A stretch of 61,635 nucleotides of DNA, filler included. It is 5 parts of 5 records of this genome, joined end to end, with 100 filler letters (N's around TTAATTAATTAA, not from the genome) between each part and the next. Parts side by side here need not be neighbours in the genome. Positions count along the whole stretch, not along the records: positions 1 to 24,078 come from DRR378314_1652; 4 more parts are not named here. The stretch is one strand, 5' to 3'. Shown here piece after piece: positions 1 to 9,901 of this stretch; position 1 is the first letter of the stretch; each line of letters opens with the position of its first letter. A program made the position numbers and the translations under genes. Under the pieces are notes generated by a model. The model ran no database searches. It was not told where the DNA came from and saw only the letters and a list, made by a program, of their open reading frames with translations.

Positions 1-1
1 T

Positions 2-751
2 TCCATTTCAGATGCCATGCCCAATTGGGCGCAAACGGAGGCAGCTAAACGCTGGGTAATCGACAACCTTGGCCGTTGGAACTGGTTTCGCCCGGAAGAC
101 CCTGGCGCGCCACCCGTGTTTCATATGCTGGCCGAAGGGGGAACGCCGGTGCCCATGGGCCATGTGGGCGGTGTGGTTACCATCAGTGTCGCAGAAGCTG
201 ATGCAGTGTTACGCACAACTCGCAAAGAGGCATTGGCAGAGCCTTACCGCACGATGATTGGCCATATGCGCCATGAAATCGCCCATATGCTGTGGTGGCG
301 GCTGAGCTTACGGGATGACTTTCTTGATGCGTTTCGTGAGATGTTTGGCGATGAGCGCGAGGATTATCCAGCAGCGTTGCAGCACTATTATCACAATGGC
401 CCACCCGTGGATTGGCGGCAGCGATTTCTGTCTACCTATGCGTCCTCCCACCCTCATGAGGATTGGGCGGAAACCACCTCGCACCTGCTGCACCTGACCG
501 ATATCACCGATAGTTTTGTGTCGGCGGGCATGACCTCTCCAGCCTTGCCCAACACCTATGGTTGGGATGCTTACGCCGAACCGGACGCTGAGCGCTTGAT
601 TCATATCGCGGCATCATTAGTCGCCGGGGTTAATCATGTAAACCGCTCAATGGGACTTTCGGATCTTTATCCGTTTGTGCTTTCCGACGCAGCGATGCGC
701 AAGCTAGCCTTCGTGCATAATTGGCTGCGGCGCGGTGCTCAAGGGCTTTAA
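2..751 (+). CDS. Putative zinc-binding metallopeptidase (Peptidase_Mx-like), 5'-truncated at window start
   Basis: HEIAH zincin motif, EPYRTMIGHMRHE and YASSHPHEDWAET motifs; frame open back to position 2. Confidence 0.85.
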   Translation, partial: SISDAMPNWAQTEAAKRWVIDNLGRWNWFRPEDPGAPPVFHMLAEGGTPVPMGHVGGVVTISVAEADAVLRTTRKEALAEPYRTMIGHMRHEIAHMLWWRLSLRDDFLDAFREMFGDEREDYPAALQHYYHNGPPVDWRQRFLSTYASSHPHEDWAETTSHLLHLTDITDSFVSAGMTSPALPNTYGWDAYAEPDAERLIHIAASLVAGVNHVNRSMGLSDLYPFVLSDAAMRKLAFVHNWLRRGAQGL

Positions 752-765
752 TTCGCATCTGCAAC

Positions 766-800
766 AGGCCCTGGGGAAGCCAGCGCTTTAGCCAGGGCCT
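766..800. terminator. Inverted repeat between convergent genes, probable terminator
   Basis: AGGCCCTGG(766-774)...CCAGGGCCT(792-800). Confidence 0.5.
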
Positions 801-816
801 ACCATCGATAAACGCG

Positions 817-1710
817 TTAGCTTAGTTGCATAGTGTCAATCGCCGCCGCCACCCTTTTCCGCGCATCGCCTTGCAGCGTTTGTAGCGGCTGGGGCAAACA
901 GGGTTGGCTTACTGTTCCGGTAAGTTCTGCAATAGTAGCAACTACCCGCAAGCTGCCGCCGAAGTCGCGGTAGAGCGCCCATAACGGTTCAAGCGCAGCG
1001 GAAAGCGCGTTGGCGTCTTTTGCGTCTCCTGCTTGGGCGGCACGGGTTAGCGCCAGCGCAGTTTCAGGGTATAGCCCACCAATCACCGAGTACCAGGCAT
1101 CGCAGCCAGCCAGCATGCCCGTGGCGGCCGCTGGGTCGCCGCTAATGCCGATGGTTACGTCGCTGGGAATTAATCCCCGCAGCCGTGCTACGCGCGCCTG
1201 TGCGGCGGCGATATCATTCTGCACTGGAGGAATTTTAATCGAGCGAACCTGGGGCAGTTGAGCGATGCGACCATGCAGTTCATCACTGAATTCAAAGTGC
1301 GTAGTGCCTGGGTTGTCATAGACACATAGCGGCACACTCAGCGAACGACAAACCGTCTCGAAAAGGCCAAATACCTCATCCTCGGTCAGCTTTTGATAGG
1401 AAACTGGCGCCAACAGCACGCCACTAGCGCCTGCTTGCTGGGCGCTTTCTGCATTGGCCAGTACATCACGGGTGCGGAGCGAACCTATGCCTACCACCAC
1501 TGGCACGCTGGCGGCATGCTCAACGCATAGCTTGGCTACGCGGGCGCGCTCTTCACCACTTAAATAAGCGTAGCTGCCCGTCGACCCCAGCACGCCGATA
1601 GAATCCACCCGCGCTTCCACCAGGCGTTCCACTAAACGAGCAAACTCATGCTCATGTATGCCCTGCTCGTTCATGGGGGTTAGCGGAAAAGCGCTCAAAC
1701 CAGTGAACAT
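817..1710 (-). CDS. DapA/NAL-family class I aldolase-like protein
   Basis: MFTGLSAFPLTP start with AAGGA RBS; GSTG motif, YDNP tyrosine, Schiff-base Lys in SIKIP. Confidence 0.85.
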   Translation of the reverse strand: MFTGLSAFPLTPMNEQGIHEHEFARLVERLVEARVDSIGVLGSTGSYAYLSGEERARVAKLCVEHAASVPVVVGIGSLRTRDVLANAESAQQAGASGVLLAPVSYQKLTEDEVFGLFETVCRSLSVPLCVYDNPGTTHFEFSDELHGRIAQLPQVRSIKIPPVQNDIAAAQARVARLRGLIPSDVTIGISGDPAAATGMLAGCDAWYSVIGGLYPETALALTRAAQAGDAKDANALSAALEPLWALYRDFGGSLRVVATIAELTGTVSQPCLPQPLQTLQGDARKRVAAAIDTMQLS

Positions 1711-1888
1711 GGTGAATGATCCTTTTACGATGACAGTTAAGAGACTATTAACATACGTGATGCTGCATGATGAGGCTAGCGAGTCTCTCAAGGTTAGTTA
1801 GCAATTATGTACAAGCATTTGATATCCAGGAGCGCATAAGCTAGGTGGTAGTACTTAACCAATAGCGCTTAACCAGGAGAGGCTTGGC

Positions 1889-2719
1889 ATGGCAAATACA
1901 AGCCGGTTTCAATTCATCAAAAGTCAGCATGTGCCAACACTGACGGTGCTTCAGGCGGCAATTGAAGATTTCAGCTATGACCGTCATGCCCATGAGGAAT
2001 TTGCCTTCGGCGTAACGCTGGCCGGGCGTCAGGATTTTTTTAGCGGCGGGCAGTTTCACAAAAGCCCGCCGGGCAATGTGATTCTGTTCAACCCTGAGGA
2101 GGTTCACGATGGCCAACCAGGCGGTGAGCATGCACTGGACTACCTGATGGTTTATGCCCACCCAGAACAGGTCAAGCCGCTGTTCGCGGATGCGCTTGGG
2201 CGCGAACATGCCACGGATTTTCGTTCCAACCAAACGCTGATTCAGGATGTGCAACTGCGCCACGCCATTTTGGAACTGGCGCGCTTGGTCACCTCCCAAG
2301 CAGGTAGCTGTATTGATCAGGAAAATGCGCTTTATCGGGTTATCGAGAGAACCGTTCAACTCGGCGGCATTTCACAACCCAACCCCATCACAAGCCGACC
2401 TGATGCCCTGCTAGGTCTGGCTAAGGAGTATATCCACGCCCACTTGGAAGGCGATATGTCGCTGGATGATATTTGCCAGGCAGCGCATTTATCCAAGTAC
2501 CATTTCTTGCGCCTGTTTCGCCAGCATTACGGCATTACCCCCCATCAGTACGTGATTAATTGCCGAATCAATGCGGCGCGTACTGCACTAGACGCCGGTG
2601 CCCCACTTAACGAAGTGGCGCTACGCTTTGGCTTTGCTGACCTTAGTCATTTTAATCGGCGCTTTAAGCGCATTTATGGCATGACACCCCACCAATACCA
2701 ACGCGATATCGCGCGTTAA
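1889..2719 (+). CDS. AraC-family transcriptional regulator
   Basis: N-terminal cupin-like HAHEE domain; C-terminal LSKYHFLRLF...GFADLSHFNRRFKRIYGMTP. Confidence 0.95.
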   Translation: MANTSRFQFIKSQHVPTLTVLQAAIEDFSYDRHAHEEFAFGVTLAGRQDFFSGGQFHKSPPGNVILFNPEEVHDGQPGGEHALDYLMVYAHPEQVKPLFADALGREHATDFRSNQTLIQDVQLRHAILELARLVTSQAGSCIDQENALYRVIERTVQLGGISQPNPITSRPDALLGLAKEYIHAHLEGDMSLDDICQAAHLSKYHFLRLFRQHYGITPHQYVINCRINAARTALDAGAPLNEVALRFGFADLSHFNRRFKRIYGMTPHQYQRDIAR

Positions 2720-2761
2720 TCCCCAGTTTTAGAACTGCCATTAAACAAACGAGGCTTCACC

Positions 2762-3394
2762 ATGCTAGGAATCGTCGCCTATGCCCTGGGCGCTATGTAT
2801 ACGCCTGGGCCTGTGAATCTGCTGGGCTTAAACGTTGGCATCAATGGCCAAGCCAAAAAATCGCTCGGTTTTTGTCTGGGAGTAGGCACCGCGATGTTTA
2901 CTTACTTATTACTATTGGGCTGGGCAGGTGCCGCTTGGATCGACGATGAAGCACTGATCGTCGTGAGTGCGTTGGGGTGTAGCTATATTGTTTATCTCGC
3001 AATAAAAATTGCCCGTTCAAGCGCTGATTTAAGTAGCGACTTAAACACCCAGTTAAACAACCATGACCACACCGTACATCTGCTGCGTTTTCGCGATGGG
3101 CTGGTGATGCAACTGCTTAACCCAAAAGCCATTATTGCCACCCTCCCCCTTGCCACACTGCAATTTCCTGCGGCGGGTATTGAGGGGATTAGCTTGGTGG
3201 TTTGGGCATTCGGGCTGGCAATATTAGCCGCTGGCGCACCCGGCAGTTATGTCTTGATGGGCAGTTTGGTTGGCCAGCGCATTCAAAGCGCAGGGATCAT
3301 TCAGGGCTTCAACTGGGTAATGGCGGGGCTGCTGGTCGCCGTGGCGTTATCGATTGGCTATGAGCATGTTTGGCTGCCGCTTAACGCTAGCTAG
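2762..3394 (+). CDS. LysE/RhtB-family exporter
   Basis: TPGPVN and LLNPKA motifs, hydrophobic helices. Confidence 0.9.
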   Translation: MLGIVAYALGAMYTPGPVNLLGLNVGINGQAKKSLGFCLGVGTAMFTYLLLLGWAGAAWIDDEALIVVSALGCSYIVYLAIKIARSSADLSSDLNTQLNNHDHTVHLLRFRDGLVMQLLNPKAIIATLPLATLQFPAAGIEGISLVVWAFGLAILAAGAPGSYVLMGSLVGQRIQSAGIIQGFNWVMAGLLVAVALSIGYEHVWLPLNAS

Positions 3395-3400
3395 CCTGAT

Positions 3401-3456
3401 GACACAGGTAGCGAGCATTCTAACCATTGATTGCTCGCTACATTTGCAGTGTGTCA
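3401..3456. terminator. Hairpin between convergent genes
   Basis: GTAGCGAGCA...TGCTCGCTAC inner stem with GACACA...TGTGTC outer arms. Confidence 0.55.
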
Positions 3457-3690
3457 CACACCCTCTTGCGCTCTGGCAATAGCGGCAGAAATAGCTGACT
3501 TTGCCTGCGGGCTATTTTTCCAGCAGGTGGTGTGCAGCATGGCGGCCACCATTTCTGCTATCTCATCAACTTGGCGGGCGGCCAGCTCAGCAAATGAGTC
3601 GATACCAATCTCTTCAAAACGCTTGAGGACGGTAGGGCCAACACCTTTGACACTCAAAAGCGCATCTCTTTCTGCATCAGAAAAGGCCAC
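3454..3690 (-). CDS. Small helix-hairpin-helix domain protein
   Basis: LLSVKGVGPTVLKRF HhH motif; GTG start with AGGAG RBS. Confidence 0.8.
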   Translation of the reverse strand: MAFSDAERDALLSVKGVGPTVLKRFEEIGIDSFAELAARQVDEIAEMVAAMLHTTCWKNSPQAKSAISAAIARAQEGV

Positions 3691-3749
3691 TCATATACTC
3701 CTCTTTAACAAGATCTCTGGGTTTAAAAGACCTCTGGGACGCTCGCGTT

Positions 3750-4109
3750 TTAAGTGCGCGCCTCTGACCAAACCGCAAACTCATTGCCACTGGGTTCTAG
3801 GAAGTGAAAGCGAAAGCCGCCTGGGAATTCGAAAATAGGCTGAATGACGTCACCGCCGCTTTGCTCTACCTTTTCGAGCGTTGCGTTAATATCCGCGCTA
3901 TAGAAAACCAGCAGTGCGCCGCCATTAGCGGTTCGACTGCAGGCATCTGAATGATAAAAGCCGCCATCTAATCCCTGGTTGGAAAACGCGCTGTATTCAG
4001 GGCCGTAATCGACGAATTCCCAGCCGAACACCGCCGTGAAAAACGTTTTTGTCGCCGCTAAATCTTTCGCTGCAAACTCGACGTAATTAAGCTTTTCATG
4101 CAGGTGCAT
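3750..4109 (-). CDS. VOC/glyoxalase-family protein
   Basis: NYVEFAAKDL...FFTAVFGWEF...GFRFHFLEPSGNEFAVWS. Confidence 0.9.
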   Translation of the reverse strand: MHLHEKLNYVEFAAKDLAATKTFFTAVFGWEFVDYGPEYSAFSNQGLDGGFYHSDACSRTANGGALLVFYSADINATLEKVEQSGGDVIQPIFEFPGGFRFHFLEPSGNEFAVWSEART

Positions 4110-4179
4110 AGGTCTGTTCCTTTACGTTGCCGAATTCAGATTATGAGCACGTTTAGTTGCCACTCAGTGACAGCTTAGC

Positions 4180-4644
4180 CTAACGTGACTGCTTAATAAC
4201 CAGTTCAATCGCTTGCTTAACGTACGCGTACATTACCGGGCAAGTGCTGGCTCTGGGGCCTGCCACGTTTAAGACGCTAATGTTGCGATCATGCACAAAG
4301 TCGGCCAGCAACATCGCCGCGTGCAGTGGGTCTATCAGCTCAATATCAATTAGCTTGTAGGGTTTTGATTGCTGAATACAGAAAAGTGCAGTGGCTTCTG
4401 TTCCCCCTTGAAGATAAGACGCATAGAAGATAGCGGTGCCATCCGCGTTCTGTACATTTTGATGGTTGCGCTGACGGTAATCACCGCTGACCTCTTCGAG
4501 GGTATAGATACTGCTCATTGGCCCATCTTCGGCCATTCTGCCCACCGGACACGTTCCACCAATGGGAAATTCTAATGTTAAGGCAGCATCGAGAGCCGCC
4601 CTATCAGCGCCCGTTTGGCCGCCACTCATAATTTTGGAAAGCAT
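4180..4644 (-). CDS. 'Putative molybdenum carrier' / circularly permuted YpsA (SLOG superfamily) protein
   Basis: KIMSGGQTGADRAALDAA, CPVGRMAEDG, NVQNADGT, LNVAGPRAS motifs. Confidence 0.85.
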   Translation of the reverse strand: MLSKIMSGGQTGADRAALDAALTLEFPIGGTCPVGRMAEDGPMSSIYTLEEVSGDYRQRNHQNVQNADGTAIFYASYLQGGTEATALFCIQQSKPYKLIDIELIDPLHAAMLLADFVHDRNISVLNVAGPRASTCPVMYAYVKQAIELVIKQSR

Positions 4645-4723
4645 AAATTAGCCACGTGTCTCTGATCGAGCGGCAAACGCGTTTGCCACGCGGTGTTGTA
4701 AGTGAAAGCGGACGTTGTAAAAC

Positions 4724-5044
4724 CTACTGCCCGAAACCTATCCCCAAGCTCAGTGCTTGAAGACCATCGAACTCAACGCTAACGTCGTCTGAAAACACCG
4801 GGTGCCCTTGCACCACCATGTTCACTGCTGCCTGAGAACCGCGGTAAGTAACGGTTACTGTCAGTTCTGCAGAGGTGTTAATCGGCGCGAATAGACCATA
4901 CTCAACGTTATCAACACTCACCGAAGACAGACCGCGATCATCCAATTGCTGCTGCACTTCTTGTTTTACGGCGACACCGTAATAGATATAGATGCCCACG
5001 TAGCCAATTGCCAGTAGTACGATCAGTGAAAAGAGCTTCCCCAT
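4724..5044 (-). CDS. Hypothetical membrane-anchored/exported protein
   Basis: 106-aa ORF, N-terminal hydrophobic helix, GGGGGA RBS. Confidence 0.7.
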   Translation of the reverse strand: MGKLFSLIVLLAIGYVGIYIYYGVAVKQEVQQQLDDRGLSSVSVDNVEYGLFAPINTSAELTVTVTYRGSQAAVNMVVQGHPVFSDDVSVEFDGLQALSLGIGFGQ

Positions 5045-5154
5045 TACTTCCCCCCAGTGCGACGAAATCCTTATGGTTGCCGCCTTCGGCCAGCAATCAC
5101 GAGCGCTGATAATGCCTGCGGTAGTAAGTAGCTACAAGCACTGAAAAATGAACA

Positions 5155-5895
5155 TTATTTACAAACAAGCGAGAAGGATTCTAATGGTGAGGTGTCGGGA
5201 GTGGGTGGCATGTTGCTCACTGCGAACATTGCTCGCAGCGACGCTTCCCCTTTGGCACTGAAAACGATAACGCGGGAGTCTTCCTCCCGTTTCGCCCAGC
5301 CAAGCGCCTGAATTCGCGCAAGCAGCGCCGCCCCGAGCGCGCCGGCAAGATGATTCCTACGCTCGCTCCAATCCAAACACGCTCGACAAAATGATCGCTT
5401 CGAAGAAGCCAGCGCGTCTGCATCAATGCCATGTTTCTGGAACCACAGCCGTCCCTGGTTAGTCAGCTGTAGTCCGCCTGGAAGCTGCTGAAGGATATCT
5501 GTCTCAAGCATCTGTTCGTACACAAAAACCCCCAGCTCCCCTGCAAGGTGGTCGTAACACACTCGCGCCTTGCGCAGCGCGGGGTCGCGCGGGCCGATGG
5601 ACAGATGCCTATCGTCGCCTCGGAAAGCGAGGCCCATCAGCGACTCCAAAAGTTCAGCAACATGTGGCCCCGCCAGCCTAAAATAGCGGTGGCGCCCCTG
5701 CTTTTCGACCGCGAGTAATCCTTCCTCTCTCAGCTTTCCGAGGTGGAAGCTCATGGTTTGCTTAGTCACACCGGCCATATTTGCCAGTTCAGTCGCCGTT
5801 AGCGCGCGATCAGACATTAAGGCACAGAGCGCTTCCGCCCGAGCGTTATCTCCGATCAGTGCGGCAACGCGCACAATGTTAGGGGCTTCATTCAT
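5155..5895 (-). CDS. ArsR/SmtB-family regulator with extended Cys/His C-terminal domain (YdfF-like)
   Basis: ALTATELA...SFHLGKL...QGRHRYFRL wHTH; CYDHLAG and CLDWSERRNHLAG motifs. Confidence 0.9.
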   Translation of the reverse strand: MNEAPNIVRVAALIGDNARAEALCALMSDRALTATELANMAGVTKQTMSFHLGKLREEGLLAVEKQGRHRYFRLAGPHVAELLESLMGLAFRGDDRHLSIGPRDPALRKARVCYDHLAGELGVFVYEQMLETDILQQLPGGLQLTNQGRLWFQKHGIDADALASSKRSFCRACLDWSERRNHLAGALGAALLARIQALGWAKREEDSRVIVFSAKGEASLRAMFAVSNMPPTPDTSPLESFSLVCK

Positions 5896-5917
5896 GGTTC
5901 GATCTTAGTCGAACCAT
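5894..5917. promoter_or_regulatory. Probable ArsR operator
   Basis: Perfect inverted repeat ATGGTTCGA-N6-TCGAACCAT overlapping the ArsR start codon in the divergent intergenic region. Confidence 0.75.
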
Positions 5918-5970
5918 TTGGGTGCGGCAATTAGGTACCGTCTCCGTTGCCTTTCAACGGAGATAATCAG

Positions 5971-6321
5971 ATGAGCATTACCTGCATCATTCGCTACGAG
6001 ATCGACCCTTTCCAGCGCGACGCTTTCAAGCAATATGCGGAAAACTGGGGAAAAATAATTCCCTGGTGTGGTGGCCATCTTATTGGCTACTTCCTGCCTT
6101 TAGAGGGCACCAACAATATCGCCTGGGGCCTCATTGCCTTCGATAGCCTAGCTTCCTATGAGGCCTATCGCGCTCGGCTGAGATCTGATGAAGGAGGACA
6201 CGCGAACTTCACAATGGCCCAAGAGCAACGATTCATCCTCAAAGAGGAGCGCAGCTTTGTCGAGGTGGTAGACGGTACCTTGGGCATTGAGGCTGTCGAT
6301 GTAATGAACGTATCGACGTAA
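5971..6321 (+). CDS. NIPSNAP-family protein
   Basis: [11 protein letters not shown]...[12 protein letters not shown]...[21 protein letters not shown] before ATG 5971. Confidence 0.85.
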   Translation: MSITCIIRYEIDPFQRDAFKQYAENWGKIIPWCGGHLIGYFLPLEGTNNIAWGLIAFDSLASYEAYRARLRSDEGGHANFTMAQEQRFILKEERSFVEVVDGTLGIEAVDVMNVST

Positions 6322-6381
6322 CGACGCTGTGGCTATAAAGAATCTGAGAATAAAAGAACTTATGAATATAAGGAATCTGCC

Positions 6382-6729
6382 ATGATCGCTGTAATATTCG
6401 AAGTGCTTCCACATACTGACCGTTATCAAGACTACTTGGATACTGCCAGCGCATTACGCCAAGATTTGGAAGCTATCGACGGCTTTCTATCGATTGAGCG
6501 CTTCGAGAGCCTGACGCAACCCGGCAAAGTGCTTTCGCTGTCTTTTTGGCGGGATGAAGATGCCGTGAAGCAGTGGCGTTCACTTGAATCTCACCGAGCG
6601 GCTCAGAAAGCTGGTCGACAGGATATCTTTGCCGACTACCGGCTGCGTGTCGCTTCCGTCATCCGAGACTACGGAATGAACGACCGGCTCGAGGCACCTG
6701 AGGATTCGCGTCACGCGCACCACTCGTAG
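6382..6729 (+). CDS. Antibiotic biosynthesis monooxygenase (ABM) domain protein
   Basis: MIAVIFEV...GFLSIERF...LSLSFWRDEDAVKQWR...HRAAQ.GR...DYRLRVA. Confidence 0.9.
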   Translation: MIAVIFEVLPHTDRYQDYLDTASALRQDLEAIDGFLSIERFESLTQPGKVLSLSFWRDEDAVKQWRSLESHRAAQKAGRQDIFADYRLRVASVIRDYGMNDRLEAPEDSRHAHHS

Positions 6730-6902
6730 AACGATTGAGGTCGGCGGGCAACCCAATATGCGCCACACCGACCTCAAAATATTTAGCCAACTGACTGGAT
6801 GCCAGCGAAGATGCGAAAGGTGATCTCGCCCGTTTTCATTCAAGCCTCATCACAGTCAGCAAAGGAATTTAGCGTATTTAAACAGCGAGTCTTAACGCTT
6901 AC

Positions 6903-7523
6903 TCACCCTTTTTTAGCCAGCAATAGCCCTACCCCGGCGCTGGCTAACAGGCCCGCACAGCCGCGGTTAAATAAGCGCCGCATGGCTGGTCGAGAAAACC
7001 ACTGGCTCAAAAAGCTACCTGCATAGGCGTAACCAGCAATCGCTACCCATTCCAATACTAAAAACAGCACACCTAGCACCAAAAACTGCAGACCTACATT
7101 GCCGCTAGGTTCCAAGAACTGCGGTAGGAAAGCGGTAAAAATCAGAATGGCTTTGGGGTTACCAGCAGCAAGCAAGAACTCTTGTCGCGCCAGCTCAAAT
7201 AGGCTCATACGTTGGGTTTCAGCGCTATCACTTGCGGTAGTGTCGGCGCCCCATAGCTGATATGCCAGCCATAACAAATAGAGGCCACCAACCACCTTAA
7301 TAACGAGGAAGATTTTTTCAGAAGTGTAAAGCAGTGTCGCCAAGCCAGTCGCTGCCAGCGTAATCATGCCGACAAATGCTATTAGCCGCCCAATACCCGC
7401 TAAACAAGCTGCCCGAACGCCATAGCGTTTCGCATTGGTTAATGAAAGCAGATTATTAGGGCCAGGCGCCATATTAAGGGCGAAGCAGGCCGGGATAAAA
7501 AGCAGCAGTGTTGTCAGGTTCAT
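6903..7523 (-). CDS. LysE/RhtB-family exporter
   Basis: APGPNN and GNPKAILIFTAFLPQF motifs. Confidence 0.9.
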   Translation of the reverse strand: MNLTTLLLFIPACFALNMAPGPNNLLSLTNAKRYGVRAACLAGIGRLIAFVGMITLAATGLATLLYTSEKIFLVIKVVGGLYLLWLAYQLWGADTTASDSAETQRMSLFELARQEFLLAAGNPKAILIFTAFLPQFLEPSGNVGLQFLVLGVLFLVLEWVAIAGYAYAGSFLSQWFSRPAMRRLFNRGCAGLLASAGVGLLLAKKG

Positions 7524-7617
7524 AAAAGCCCGTTCCTATTAGCTCGCGTGAGCTTCCACTCATTATTTCACCATCGATCCAGCTAGATTAACCTTTAATT
7601 AGGATTTTACTCAACGT

Positions 7618-7647
7618 TAAAAAGAGCAGGCGCTGCTGGCCTGCTCT
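7618..7647 (-). terminator. Rho-independent terminator downstream of trpA
   Basis: AGAGCAGGC-7nt-GCCTGCTCT stem with adjacent A-run (U-run on minus strand). Confidence 0.7.
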
Positions 7648-7693
7648 CTTAACATATCGTTTTTTTTACTCTTCTTGTATCAATCTGCTGGTA

Positions 7694-8533
7694 TCAACAG
7701 ACTTGTGGCTCGCTTGCTGTACGACATGCCCTGACACTTTCTGCCAGTTCACTGACCAGGCTATGTACTTGTTCAACGGCTTCATCCGGCGTACTGGCAT
7801 GTTCGATACAGTCAACAAGCGCGGAGCCAACCACCACCGCATCGCTGAAGCGGCCAATGGTAGCGGCTTGTTCGGCGGTGCGAATTCCAAAGCCAACGGC
7901 AATGGGTAATTCGGTATATTCGCGGAGCTGAGCAACCGACGCCTCTAACCGTTCTGGTGTTGGCGCACTACCACCAGTAACCCCCGCCACCGATACGTAG
8001 TAGATAAACCCAGAGGTGTTGCTGAGTACTTTGGGCAACCGTTTAGCATCGGTGGTCGGGGTGGCTAAGCGGATAAAATCAATGCCGTGCTGAGCTGCTG
8101 GCTGGCAGAGTTCTTCATCATGCTCAGGGGGTAAATCCACCACAATCAGCCCATCGACTCCAGCGCTGGCGGCCTCCGTTAGAAAGCGCTCAACGCCATA
8201 GCAGTAAATCGGGTTGTAGTAGCCCATCAGTACGATAGGCGTGGTGCTATTCTGCTCGCGGAAACGGCGCACCATGTCCAAGGTTTTAACCTGGGTTTGG
8301 CCGCCTTCAAGTGCACGCAGCGCGGCTTTTTGAATCGCGGGACCATCGGCCATAGGGTCACTAAACGGCATGCCAAGTTCGATGATATCCACCCCTGCTT
8401 CAGGTAACCCATGTAGCAGGCGGCGCGAAGTCTCCGCGTCTGGATCACCTGCGGTGAGGTAGCTAACCAGCGCTGGGCGATTCTGCTGCTTGAGCGCGGC
8501 AAAGCAGTCTTTAAGACGAGTGGGGGTATTCAT
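7694..8533 (-). CDS. trpA: Tryptophan synthase alpha subunit
   Basis: [52 protein letters not shown] before ATG 8533 (alternative start 8557). Confidence 0.97.
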   Translation of the reverse strand: MNTPTRLKDCFAALKQQNRPALVSYLTAGDPDAETSRRLLHGLPEAGVDIIELGMPFSDPMADGPAIQKAALRALEGGQTQVKTLDMVRRFREQNSTTPIVLMGYYNPIYCYGVERFLTEAASAGVDGLIVVDLPPEHDEELCQPAAQHGIDFIRLATPTTDAKRLPKVLSNTSGFIYYVSVAGVTGGSAPTPERLEASVAQLREYTELPIAVGFGIRTAEQAATIGRFSDAVVVGSALVDCIEHASTPDEAVEQVHSLVSELAESVRACRTASEPQVC

Positions 8534-8553
8534 AACAGTCTCCTGGTTCGCGC

Positions 8554-9759
8554 TCATTGGAATTTCTCACCTAGATGATGGGCGACGCTCATCATGTCTT
8601 TGTCGCCACGACCGCTAAGATTGACCACCATTAAGTGCTCACGGGGAAGCCGGGGCGCACGCTTAGCCACTTCCGCCAAGGCGTGGGCAGTTTCCAGGGC
8701 GGGAATAATACCTTCCTGACGGCAGCAGATCTGGAAGGCTTCCAACGCTTCATCGTCTGTGGCGGAAACGTACTCAACCCGCCCCTGCTCGTGGAGCCAT
8801 GCGTGTTCTGGGCCGATACCGGGATAATCCAGCCCTGCGGAAATCGAGTGGGCGTCAATAATCTGGCCATCTTCGTTTTGCAGCAGGTAGGTGCGGTTAC
8901 CATGCAGTACGCCAGACGTCCCGCCGTTCAAGCTGGCGGCATGCAGGCCGCTTTTAACACCTTTGCCGCCCGCTTCTACGCCAATCATCTGCACATCTGG
9001 GTCGTTTAAGAACGGATGGAACAGCCCCATAGCGTTTGATCCGCCACCAATACAGGCCACCAGCGAATCCGGCAGACGCCCCTGCTTTTCGAGCATTTGG
9101 CTGCGGGTTTCATGGCCAATCACCGCTTGGAAGTCACGCACCATCGCAGGGTACGGGTGCGGCCCAGCTACGGTTCCAATAATGTAGAAGGTATCATCTA
9201 CGTTAGTCACCCAGTCGCGCAGCGCTTCGTTCATGGCATCTTTGAGTGTGCCGGTGCCGGAGGTAACGGGAATCACTTCCGCTCCCAGTAGCTTCATGCG
9301 GAACACGTTAGGCTGCTGGCGTTCGATGTCGGTTGAGCCCATATAGATGACACACGGCAGACCAAAACGCGCTGCTACCGTGGCGGTGGCCACGCCGTGC
9401 ATACCGGCGCCGGTTTCAGCAATGATGCGCTTTTTGCCCATCTGCTTGGCTAGCAGTACCTGGCCAATGCAGTTGTTAATCTTGTGCGCGCCGGTGTGGT
9501 TAAGCTCTTCGCGCTTGAGGTAAATACTCGCCCCACCGAAGTGTTCGGTCAGTCTTTCAGCGAAATAAAGCGGGCTTGGCCGCCCGACGTAATCTCCTTG
9601 AAAGTAGGCTAACTGGCGCTGGAATTCGGGGTCATTTTTAGCAGCAGCGTATTCATCTTGCAGCTCTAAAATGAGCGGCATGAGTGTTTCAGCGACAAAG
9701 CGGCCGCCGAAGCTGCCAAACAGTCCGTTGGCATCGGGCAGGTTCACGAATTGGTTCAT
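8554..9759 (-). CDS. trpB: Tryptophan synthase beta subunit
   Basis: [19 protein letters not shown] lysine, [33 protein letters not shown]. Confidence 0.98.
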   Translation of the reverse strand: MNQFVNLPDANGLFGSFGGRFVAETLMPLILELQDEYAAAKNDPEFQRQLAYFQGDYVGRPSPLYFAERLTEHFGGASIYLKREELNHTGAHKINNCIGQVLLAKQMGKKRIIAETGAGMHGVATATVAARFGLPCVIYMGSTDIERQQPNVFRMKLLGAEVIPVTSGTGTLKDAMNEALRDWVTNVDDTFYIIGTVAGPHPYPAMVRDFQAVIGHETRSQMLEKQGRLPDSLVACIGGGSNAMGLFHPFLNDPDVQMIGVEAGGKGVKSGLHAASLNGGTSGVLHGNRTYLLQNEDGQIIDAHSISAGLDYPGIGPEHAWLHEQGRVEYVSATDDEALEAFQICCRQEGIIPALETAHALAEVAKRAPRLPREHLMVVNLSGRGDKDMMSVAHHLGEKFQ

Positions 9760-9826
9760 CACGACCTCTGAGTGCGGTTTGGGAAGCGGTTTTGATTGCA
9801 ATGAAAGTAGCGCAAGCGCACGAAGA

Positions 9827-9869
9827 TAAAAATCGATAAGATGTCACCAATAGGTGAGTTTTAATCAAC
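9827..9869. promoter_or_regulatory. Candidate TrpI binding region
   Basis: T-N11-A element TGAGTTTTAATCA (9855-9867) in the trpB/trpI divergent intergenic region. Confidence 0.55.
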
Positions 9870-9901
9870 TATTAAAACAGAACATCATTATGGGATCAGC
9901 A

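Noticed and set aside
3395-5154. Integron cassette array (small co-oriented genes; GTTAGGC at the end of the cpYpsA gene)
   Set aside because: No RYYYAAC...GTTRRRY attC hairpins, no shared intergenic repeat and no intI found
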